Under the pieces are notes generated by a model, which had not been told where the DNA came from, did not search any database, and was given only the letters and a program-made list of their open reading frames with translations. A stretch of DNA of 64,000 nucleotides from Longimicrobiales bacterium (GTDB lineage Bacteria > Gemmatimonadota > Gemmatimonadetes > Longimicrobiales > Gaopeijiaceae): NCBI GenBank assembly GCA_965248195.1, contig CBDFIQ010000001.1:512001-576000 (forward strand), written 5' to 3'. Shown one piece after another: positions 17,743-25,851 of this stretch. Each line of letters opens with the position of its first letter. Positions within the stretch are counted from its first letter, which is position 1. Made by a program: the position numbers and the translations under genes.

Positions 17743-19779
17743 ATGATGGAGTCGAGGTACTCAGATCCGACGTCGGGCCCGCCGCCTCATGCGGGCCCAC
17801 CACATCACCCGGGCTCACGACATCACGTGGGCCCACTACATCCCCTGGGCTCACCACATCACTCGAGCGCGGTATGTCACGTTGCGGCACGAGCGCTGGC
17901 CGCCGCACTGGCCTTCTTGCCAGGGGCCGCCGCCCATGCTCACAGCACCCTTCCGTCCCTTCCCATCACCCAGGACCAGAGCTTCGAAGTTTTCGAGGCC
18001 TCGATCCCCGACCTCCAGGAAGCGATGGCAGACGGGCGGGTCACGGCGGTGCAGCTCGTGGACGCATACCTGGCCAGAATCAGCGCCTACGACCAAGGAG
18101 GTCCTGCGCTGAACAGTATGGTCTACCTGAACCCGAACGCCCGGGCGCAGGCGGCGGCACTCGACCAGGAGCGCGCACTCCGTGGGACCAGGGGACCGCT
18201 CCACGGTATCCCGATCATCCTGAAAGACAATTACGACACGGCGGACCTGCCGACTTCAGGCGGATCCATCGCGCTGGCCGGCATGCTCCCCCCCGATGAC
18301 GCCTTCCAGGTCCGCAAGCTGCGGGAGGCCGGAGCAGTCATTCTGGGAAAATCCAACATGCACGAGCTGGCGGCCGGGATCACGACCATCAGTTCGGTTG
18401 GAGGTCAAACCCGTAACCCGTATGACCCGTCCCGGAACCCCGGCGGATCCAGTGGTGGGACCGGTGCGGCGATCGCGGCCAGCTTCGCGGCCATCGGATG
18501 GGGCAGCGACACCTGCGGATCGATTCGCATTCCTGCCTCACACCACAACCTTTTTGGGCTCCGTCCGACCAAGGGGCTCTCGAGTATCGACGGGATCATC
18601 CCCCTATCACACACACAGGACGTGGGTGGCCCGTTGGCCCGCACCGCGACGGACCTCGCCATCGGGCTGGACGCGACCATAGGAGCGGACGCGGCCGACC
18701 CGGCCACCCGGATCCTGGCGGATCGACCTCTCCCCGGGTTCGTGGACGCGCTCGACGCCGAGGCTCTTCAGGGGGCCCGGCTCGGGGTGCTGACCATGCT
18801 GTTCGGCGAGGCTACGGAGGACCGGGAGCACGCTGAGTTGGTTCGAGCCGCTCTCGACAGCATGAGTGAAGCCGGAGCGGAGCTCATCGACATCGAGATC
18901 CCAGGTTTGGATTCCATCCTGTCCGGGTCGAGCATGATCGGGCTCGAGTTCAAGTGGGACCTCATCGATTACTTGGCCGTCACGCCTGCCGCACAGGTCA
19001 AGTCCCTCCAAGACATCCTCGATCGGGGCCTCTATCACGTTCGATTGGAGGCCAACTTCCGGCGGCGCGCTGCTACGGAGGAGATGGACAGCGTCGCGTA
19101 CAGCCGTGCCATGGCCAAACGTGCCGCGGCACGCGACGCCGTGCTCGCGACCATGGATGAGCTATCCCTCGACGCCCTGGTCTACCCCACGATACGTCGT
19201 AGGGCAGCCCAAATCGGGGATCCCCAGCGAGGCTCGAACTGCCAACTGAGCGCGACGACGGGGCTTCCGGCGCTGAGCGTCCCTGCGGGTTTTACAAGTG
19301 CGGGGCTTCCCACCGGACTCGAGTTGCTCGGTGGACCGTTGGAAGACGCACGATTGCTGGCGCTGGGATTCGCCTACGAGCAATCTACCCAGCCCCGGCG
19401 CGCCCCGGGGCGTACGCCGCCGTTGGAGGACGGCCGGGCTCCCGAGCCCGTCACGTTCGTAGTCGTCGCGCAGGGGGGCCGTGCCACCGCTCAGGTTCTC
19501 TTTTCGTGGGATGTCGGCACGAGTGCCTTGTCGTATGAGGCGACCGTTTCCGGAATACCGGCTGAAGAAATCCGTGGGGTGGGCCTGCACCGGGCGCAGA
19601 GGGACCAAGAGGGCGGGGTCATATACCGGCTCTCGGGTCCGGTCGGCCAAGAGATGTCTGGCACGATTACCTTGAGCGCTGGAGGGCGGGAAGCTTTGAT
19701 GGGGGGTGACCTCTACCTACGCCTGTACTCGGCGGAGGTCCCCTCCGACGGGCCACGGGCCCCACTCCCCGTTCCCTGA
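17743..19779 (+). CDS. Amidase-signature enzyme with C-terminal CHRD-like domain
   Basis: LHGIPIILKDN, GGSSGG, GSDTCGSIRIP; C-terminal H..RA..DQEGGVIYRL...LYLRL resembles CHRD. Confidence 0.9.
   Translation: MMESRYSDPTSGPPPHAGPPHHPGSRHHVGPLHPLGSPHHSSAVCHVAARALAAALAFLPGAAAHAHSTLPSLPITQDQSFEVFEASIPDLQEAMADGRVTAVQLVDAYLARISAYDQGGPALNSMVYLNPNARAQAAALDQERALRGTRGPLHGIPIILKDNYDTADLPTSGGSIALAGMLPPDDAFQVRKLREAGAVILGKSNMHELAAGITTISSVGGQTRNPYDPSRNPGGSSGGTGAAIAASFAAIGWGSDTCGSIRIPASHHNLFGLRPTKGLSSIDGIIPLSHTQDVGGPLARTATDLAIGLDATIGADAADPATRILADRPLPGFVDALDAEALQGARLGVLTMLFGEATEDREHAELVRAALDSMSEAGAELIDIEIPGLDSILSGSSMIGLEFKWDLIDYLAVTPAAQVKSLQDILDRGLYHVRLEANFRRRAATEEMDSVAYSRAMAKRAAARDAVLATMDELSLDALVYPTIRRRAAQIGDPQRGSNCQLSATTGLPALSVPAGFTSAGLPTGLELLGGPLEDARLLALGFAYEQSTQPRRAPGRTPPLEDGRAPEPVTFVVVAQGGRATAQVLFSWDVGTSALSYEATVSGIPAEEIRGVGLHRAQRDQEGGVIYRLSGPVGQEMSGTITLSAGGREALMGGDLYLRLYSAEVPSDGPRAPLPVP
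17775..17882. repeat. Degenerate 18-bp tandem repeat (about 6 units) at the amidase 5' end
   Basis: Core units gggcccaccacatcaccc / gggctcacgacatcacgt / gggcccactacatcccct / gggctcaccacatcactc. Confidence 0.85.
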
Positions 19780-19923
19780 TGACTCGACGTTGCCTCGACC
19801 GATGACGTCGGGTCGGTTCGGCCCACTGACTCCGGGCGTGCACGGGTGTACTTCTAGCCGTGGCCTGAGTATTCTATTGGGTGAACCCAGGTAAGTCGAT
19901 CGTTCAGGAGTGAAGAATAAGTC

Positions 19924-20328
19924 ATGGCCAAGCCTCCCCTCCCGTTGATCGTGAAGTGGAGAGACCTCGCTCAAGAGGGTCGGTTCTATACCGACATCGC
20001 CAAGGATTACCCCGACTATACGGCAAGTCAGATCCGGCATTATTGCCTCGGACACTCCGGCGCCAAGGCTCCGGGTCCGATACAAAAACGTAGGCGTTGG
20101 TCCGACAACCCCTGGCTCCAGGGAGAAAAGTCGCCCCACGCGCTCCTGGACGAAAAACAGGTTCGGGACGTCTTGGGAGACTGGGATGACGAGAAGGGCT
20201 ACTGGCGTAACGCCGCCGGACACTGGGCCAAGCTTCTGAGAGTCTCACCGAGTACGATTCTAGCGGTCCGGCGGGGCGACACGTGGAAACACCTTAACCA
20301 CCCCAACGCCGGCCGTAAGAAGCAGTAG
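19924..20328 (+). CDS. Small basic HTH DNA-binding protein
   Basis: AGGAG RBS; GEKSPHALLDEKQV...AKLLRVSPSTILAVRRGDTWKH. Confidence 0.7.
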   Translation: MAKPPLPLIVKWRDLAQEGRFYTDIAKDYPDYTASQIRHYCLGHSGAKAPGPIQKRRRWSDNPWLQGEKSPHALLDEKQVRDVLGDWDDEKGYWRNAAGHWAKLLRVSPSTILAVRRGDTWKHLNHPNAGRKKQ

Positions 20329-20334
20329 GGCTAC

Positions 20335-21387
20335 CTACATACGGCGGCAATCTCTCTCAAGGCGATCCCTGGCCCTTTCCGGGGATTCGATATCCTCGTA
20401 AAAGTCGTCGATGTATTCCACCACATCCCTGCCACTGTCCTCTTCCAGCCCCTCTTGGCTGGTGTAGAGCGCTACGAGATCCGTGCGAATCCCTAGGAGC
20501 TGGGCGTAGACCGTCGAGAAATCGAAATTCGGACGGCAGAAACCCCGGTAAATCCGCTGCCGCACGCTCCTGATGCCTAGGCCTTCATTGGGCCGAGCGT
20601 ATCGCGTCGACACGAACCCCGTCCAGTCGAAGTCGTAAGGGACCGGAACGTAAGCACCCCTAGGAGTCCGCAAGACTTCGACGTTGTGGAAGCGCACCAT
20701 CGACCAGTCGGTATTGCCGACCATGTACTGGAAGACTGACATGCGCACGGCCTCTTCGGCGCCGAAGTTATTTGGGCTAGCCTGTTGGATCTCCAAGAAC
20801 AGCGCCCCCAACCGCTCCGCCATCGCCTCGGATTCCTCCCTAAAGAACGCATACCGAACCACGGGGTCATCGTCGTCTTCCCCGTCGGCATACGTGACGC
20901 GGGCCAACCTCACCCGGAAGCTCTCATCGGTCAGGAGGTTGAAGGTACGGTAGACGAGATACTCCTCGAGAACGTGCTGTTCATCATCATCTCGGTCCCG
21001 GCAATGGCTGACCAGCCTGATCCCGTTCTGTCCATCGAAGACCGTCCCGCCCATGCTGTTCCTGGGAAAGTTGACTCGCAGGGGAGGGAACCGGCAATTC
21101 TCGAGCCTGTAGAGTCCCCGTGTTCTGACCCGGATATCGATCGTGCGCTCAGCGCCCTCATCGTCGATCATTCTCAGGATCGCGGGTCGGTATTCGCTGT
21201 CCTGCTCCCGGTCGCCTCGAAGGGCCCCATAGTCGGTCTCGATCGTAAACTCGATCAGCTCATGGGAGGAGAAGAGGGCCGGAACCTGTGGTTCATCGAG
21301 GGCTGGAGCCTGCCCAGCCGCCCTCACCGGGGCGATCGAAATGAGCACCGCCACACAACACAGCAGTACGGGATATGCTATTTTCAT
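20335..21387 (-). CDS. Secreted protein with atypical-kinase (CotH/HipA-like) motifs
   Basis: Signal peptide; RTRG...C.FPPL, EEYLVYR, MVGNTDWS..HN, PVPYDFD. Confidence 0.65.
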   Translation of the reverse strand: MKIAYPVLLCCVAVLISIAPVRAAGQAPALDEPQVPALFSSHELIEFTIETDYGALRGDREQDSEYRPAILRMIDDEGAERTIDIRVRTRGLYRLENCRFPPLRVNFPRNSMGGTVFDGQNGIRLVSHCRDRDDDEQHVLEEYLVYRTFNLLTDESFRVRLARVTYADGEDDDDPVVRYAFFREESEAMAERLGALFLEIQQASPNNFGAEEAVRMSVFQYMVGNTDWSMVRFHNVEVLRTPRGAYVPVPYDFDWTGFVSTRYARPNEGLGIRSVRQRIYRGFCRPNFDFSTVYAQLLGIRTDLVALYTSQEGLEEDSGRDVVEYIDDFYEDIESPERARDRLERDCRRM

Positions 21388-22492
21388 GCCGGTTCCCTCC
21401 GCTTGGCTCGACTCCTGAGTGACCGTAGCTCGGCGGCCTGAACGTGGTCGCCACCCTCCTTGCGAATCGTGTCCAACATGAGGCCGGGCTGCACGCCGGG
21501 CTTGAGGCGGACCAGGTACTGGAGAACGGATGCACCGTCACTCCCAGGGATGATCTCGGCCAACCGCCACCGTACGGCCATATCCTTCAGCGGGCCCTCG
21601 ACCACTTTCTGTGCCTCGCCGGCGAGCTTCGTATAAATAAGCAGGACCGCGTAGAGCTTTTTCTCCGTATGAACGTCCGTCTCCTCATCCAGGTACTGCT
21701 CGAGGCGAGCCACCCGGCCAACCATCTCCCCAAGATCCGTTTGCGGCATCGCCGTGAGCAACGCCTGGTCTCCGATCGAAAGCGCCGTTTTCGCTGACGC
21801 CGGCCCGGCCAAAACGTCTCCGAGCCCAAGGGCGGAAGTACGGTGCATCTGGTCCACATAGATGTTGCCGAATCTCCTCTTCCACAGAACCAGATTGACG
21901 ACATTGAATACGACGGACGCGAGGAGGGCGGTCCCGAGTCTTCCGCTGCCGGCCGCGAGGCCGACGCCGATCGCGAGAAAGACGTACACCGCATCTTTCG
22001 TGTCCTCCAGGGTCGTCCGGAACCGCACGGCCGCGACGATTCCGGCAAGGCTGAAGGCGAGAGTCAAGCTGGTTTTGACAACGATGACGATCCCGGTCAC
22101 CACCACCGGTAGGATGATCAGGGTGTGTACGACCGATTGGTCGTATCCGCCGCCCTTTTGATGATGATGTACGTCCAAGCCACCGGAATCATGATGGCGA
22201 GGGCTCCAAGCAAAGAAAGGGCCTCAACAGCCAGGCCCGCCCAACCTGGGACACCTGGCTCCTCTGCCATCGGGACACCACCGAACGTGCTCGTGATCTC
22301 GTCCGTAAAGGCCGCATCACCGCCGGCTTCGAGGAATGCCTCGGTCAGCCCAGGGTTCGCCCACAGAAGAGCCGCCACGGCGCCTAAGAAAACGACGTAA
22401 TAACCAACGACTCGAATCAACGGCCGTGCGACTCCACCTCCGCCCGGGGCCTTCGCCTCGGAGGTCCCCCCGTTCCCGGTGGCCTCGCTCAC
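21384..22492 (-). pseudogene. DUF4956 (MgtC/SapB-like) membrane protein split by a 1-nt frameshift near 22151-22160
   Basis: ORF 22118..22492 (...PVAWTYIIIK) continues in the -1 frame as GGYDQSVVHTL...LAFSLAGIVAAVRFRTTLEDTKDAVYVF in ORF 21384..22178. Confidence 0.75.
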
Positions 22493-22908
22493 AGCGCGTT
22501 CTCGCTTCCGAACTCGGCGAGCAGCTCGTCGTCGAGGTCATCCGCATATTCAGAGGTCCAGAGGATGAGATCGATGAGCTCGCCCGGATCAAGGTCCTCG
22601 ACAGGACGCCCGGAGGTGAGGCAGACCAGGCCATCGCCGTCTATGGAAAACGCCGCTCGGCCGAGAGAGGCATGGTTCAACTCGAGCAGGCGCTCATAGA
22701 AAGCGGCATCGGCGGTCTCGGGAACCCTCATGATGGAGAGGCGGACCACGACGAGGCTTTCGGCGTGCTCGGGGTCGTTCACGACGCGCACCGAGCCGGT
22801 GGCCGAGCCCCGCTCGATGGGTTCCTCGAAGCCGGCGACAAGGGTCTCGTCCTCGAGACCGTCGAGAATGCGGTCCACCAGATCCATCAACGAGCGTATT
22901 GCGGGCAT
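22489..22908 (-). CDS. YbjN / CesT-like chaperone-fold protein
   Basis: FYERLLELN...AAFSID...LDPGEL...ADDLDDEL pattern; 4-nt overlap with the next gene. Confidence 0.75.
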   Translation of the reverse strand: MPAIRSLMDLVDRILDGLEDETLVAGFEEPIERGSATGSVRVVNDPEHAESLVVVRLSIMRVPETADAAFYERLLELNHASLGRAAFSIDGDGLVCLTSGRPVEDLDPGELIDLILWTSEYADDLDDELLAEFGSENAL

Positions 22909-22956
22909 GAGGCAACTTCGGGAGCTATCGACTGGCTGGCAAGCAGAAAAGCCCGC

Positions 22957-24024
22957 TTACATCTCCTCCCACCAGGTGGAGCCCAACGGTCGGAAGTGGC
23001 TCAACCGCCTACCCGCCTTGAACGCCATGCAGCGGTTGTGGTAGACGTAGTGGTCCTCCCCGTAGACGGTCAAAGACCCCAGCCCGTCCAGTCCGCCAAC
23101 CACTAGCCCATTGATCGTGAAAGCGTCGTCGTCGTCGGGCGTGACGCGTCCCGCGAGAACGACGCCATTCCAGGTGAAATTGTCGCCGGGTGTAAAACGT
23201 CCCCCTACGATGAGCACACCTCTTCCGCAAGCGCTGGAGGGCGCGGTCAGATTCCCACTCCACCGGGTCACCGTGAAGGAGTCGGCGGGCAACGCGCACG
23301 AGGGCCAAGTGTTCTGGTAGTCCACCGGGAAGTTCGTACTCGTCAACAATGACCAATCGATCCCCAAGGAATCCAGGACCGCAGCGTAAGACCCGTAGGT
23401 CAAAGAATCCGCGCTTCCGTTGAGGGGGGAGCCGCTGATGTCCAGGCCCCCAGAGCCCATCAGCATCCCGACGATGTCCTCGGAGGTCTGCTCACAATCC
23501 GCCACTGACGCCTGGTCGTTGCCCCACAACCTCGTGTCGTCAACGAGGTCGACATCCCCCGATGCCTGGGTCACTGCCGCCACATGGTCCAGCGCGACTT
23601 CGCGCTTGACGGCGTACTGATAGACGGTCCGGCGCGCCGCGGATCCGGTGAAGGTCGGATCGGTATACACCCCTTCGGACCCCAGCAGGTAGAGCGTCTC
23701 GAAGTCACTGATCTCGGACACCAGCCGCACGGTGACCACGGCGTCCCCACCCTCGATCGAATACGTGACGGTATCCTCGTGAACGCCGATCTGCTTGCCG
23801 ATGTAGGACCGCAGGCCGGCCCGGGCGATGGAGAGCGCAGTTTGGGTCTCCTTGGCGTGGACCGACAGCAACGCCTCGCTGAGCACTATCTGGTAGCCCG
23901 CAGCGCCGGCCACCCCAATGCCAAAAAGGAGCAGGACCACCAGCGCAAGCACGAACCCGCCTCTGGGGTCGTCGATGACCTCGAGCCCGCTGTGCCTCAC
24001 CTGGGGCGAGCCTGCCGTGCTCAA
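22957..24024 (-). CDS. PilX-like minor pilin / pilus assembly protein
   Basis: G|FVLALVVLLL prepilin site without Glu5 (PilX trait), A..IARAGL motif. TTG start overlaps the upstream TGA. Confidence 0.75.
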   Translation of the reverse strand: MSTAGSPQVRHSGLEVIDDPRGGFVLALVVLLLFGIGVAGAAGYQIVLSEALLSVHAKETQTALSIARAGLRSYIGKQIGVHEDTVTYSIEGGDAVVTVRLVSEISDFETLYLLGSEGVYTDPTFTGSAARRTVYQYAVKREVALDHVAAVTQASGDVDLVDDTRLWGNDQASVADCEQTSEDIVGMLMGSGGLDISGSPLNGSADSLTYGSYAAVLDSLGIDWSLLTSTNFPVDYQNTWPSCALPADSFTVTRWSGNLTAPSSACGRGVLIVGGRFTPGDNFTWNGVVLAGRVTPDDDDAFTINGLVVGGLDGLGSLTVYGEDHYVYHNRCMAFKAGRRLSHFRPLGSTWWEEM

Positions 24025-24854
24025 TTCCTGTTTCTCAAGGGAATACCCACGGTCCACTCATAGGAGTAGGAGTTGATGCCTCCGATGGAGTCGGTGGCGA
24101 TGGCGGACGCGGTCACGCGAATTTTTTCTATATTGGCCAATGATGCCCCCGTGATCGAGTTCTGGTAGAAAGAGCTCGGCAGTCTGTACTGGAATCCCGT
24201 GTCGGGCTTGATACCGGTCGCAAACTCCCGAAGCGTGTCTCCCGTCACACCACGGTAAACCGCCAGCGTCTGTGGATCGAGCTCCGATTGATCGATCTTG
24301 AACTCCACCTCCCGGTAGATCATGATGACCTCCCCGAGAGTGGCCCCTGCGGGGATCGACAGGCGCCCGAAGTCAGCAGTGGCACCCACGGTATCGGCGC
24401 CGCTCTGTGTCAGGCACTCGTTGGCATCGACGGCACCGGAAGACAGGAGGAGGTTGGACCAGTTGTCCGCCGTGTACGTCCAAGTTCCGCTGCCGTCCTG
24501 CCTGGCGTATCCGGCGACCTCGTCTCCGTCTATCTTGGTGAGGCCCGGCATGTACACATAGCCCTCAGTGGGGCTTTGTGAGCATACCCCTCCCATCGCG
24601 ATCGGAAGGCGCACCACGAAGCGTCGGTTCTCGGCCGTGGTGACCCCGCCGCCTGCCACACCCCGGACCTCGGAGGCAATGAGGTCGGTCACCACGCGGA
24701 GATTATCCTGAACGCGGGTCCGTTGGACGACGAAGCGGTAGAAGTTGTTCTGCGTCAGGAAAACCGAGGACACCAGACCCACGATGACGGAAGAAAGAGT
24801 GAGGGCCACCAGAGCTTCGAGGAGGGTGAAGCCGGCTTGGCGACGCCTTACCAG
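24021..24854 (-). CDS. PilW-like minor pilin
   Basis: RRRQAG|FTLLEALVAL prepilin motif; probable CTG start at 24854. Confidence 0.8.
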   Translation of the reverse strand: MVRRRQAGFTLLEALVALTLSSVIVGLVSSVFLTQNNFYRFVVQRTRVQDNLRVVTDLIASEVRGVAGGGVTTAENRRFVVRLPIAMGGVCSQSPTEGYVYMPGLTKIDGDEVAGYARQDGSGTWTYTADNWSNLLLSSGAVDANECLTQSGADTVGATADFGRLSIPAGATLGEVIMIYREVEFKIDQSELDPQTLAVYRGVTGDTLREFATGIKPDTGFQYRLPSSFYQNSITGASLANIEKIRVTASAIATDSIGGINSYSYEWTVGIPLRNRN

Positions 24855-25240
24855 ACGCGGTCCACGAAGGCGGAGCCCTTGAAGGACGGCCCCGAGCCGC
24901 TCGAGGGGACGCCCGATACCGCGACGTGGCGGACAACCGCCGTCGAGTCGCTCACCGTCACCGACCAGGTATACGTTTCTCCGCGAATCGACGTCGAGGA
25001 CGTGGTCGTGCCGACGGTCAGCGCAGCGTAATCCACCAACTCCAGGCTGTCCAACCGCTCCTGCCCTACGAGGGCGAGCTCGGATCGGAGAGCCGCCCTC
25101 TCCATCTGCAGGGACAGGGTGCCTCCTAGTCCCATGACCATCAGCACTCCCATGGAGAAAATCACCAGGGCGCCGATGACTTCGATCAGCGTGAAGCCAT
25201 CCGCCGACAAGCGCAAAACCTTGTGACGTCTTGTACTCAA
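24848..25240 (-). CDS. PilV-like minor pilin
   Basis: DG|FTLIEVIGALVIFSMGVL prepilin motif; TTG start overlaps the upstream stop. Confidence 0.85.
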   Translation of the reverse strand: MSTRRHKVLRLSADGFTLIEVIGALVIFSMGVLMVMGLGGTLSLQMERAALRSELALVGQERLDSLELVDYAALTVGTTTSSTSIRGETYTWSVTVSDSTAVVRHVAVSGVPSSGSGPSFKGSAFVDRVW

Positions 25241-25743
25241 CGCGAGTCGACCTTTGAGGCTCCCATGACGTTAAAAGATACATCGTATACGTTCACTCCA
25301 GCCGCAAAGCTGGCCGTCCCCAGAGGAGACCCCGAGCCACTCAGGTCACCCACGCCGCGAGCATCGAAGACCAAACTGTCCTCGGTCAATTGAAGATTCA
25401 CAGAGTCGAGCGGAATATCATCGTCCCGACCAAACTCTCTCCTTAAGATCGTATCGCCCGACTCCAGCCTGATGACATAGCTACCGCCAGCCTCATCAAA
25501 ATCCACGATAACCACCTCCCTGCCCCTTACGGCATTGGTCCGGGCAAGGCTCAGGTCCATCGCGAAGACCTGAGCAGCCCGCTGGGCAGCCGTTCGAGAT
25601 TGGTAACTCGAAAACACGGCCGAAGCCAGCCCCAGCGTAATCGTGAAGAGAATGAGGGAAACCAGCATCTCGCCCACAGTAAACCCTAGCTGGGTCGAGG
25701 AATCCTCACCTCTCGTCACGACCTCGTCGGCGATGCGCCTCAT
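25237..25743 (-). CDS. FimT/GspH-like minor pilin
   Basis: G|FTVGEMLV, LSLARTNAV, VFDARG, FNVMG. Confidence 0.85.
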   Translation of the reverse strand: MRRIADEVVTRGEDSSTQLGFTVGEMLVSLILFTITLGLASAVFSSYQSRTAAQRAAQVFAMDLSLARTNAVRGREVVIVDFDEAGGSYVIRLESGDTILRREFGRDDDIPLDSVNLQLTEDSLVFDARGVGDLSGSGSPLGTASFAAGVNVYDVSFNVMGASKVDSR

Positions 25744-25851
25744 GTATTTGACCGTTAAAGCTCCTCCCGGTGCCAATGCCCCAATCAAAGATCGGCCACA
25801 AACGGCCGTGACTCAACCATTTCGTGATCCCACCCACACACACGGACCGTA

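Noticed and set aside
17775..17882. Repeat array considered as a CRISPR
   Set aside because: Units are 18 bp, contiguous, have no spacers and are in-frame coding; no cas genes are present.
24855..25283. N-terminal extension of the PilW-like ORF in the track
   Set aside because: It fully overlaps the pilV-like gene in another frame; prepilin leaders are short.
25760..25776. Sigma54-like TGGCAC upstream of the pilin cluster
   Set aside because: GG-to-GC spacing is 11 rather than 10, and there is no TTGC.
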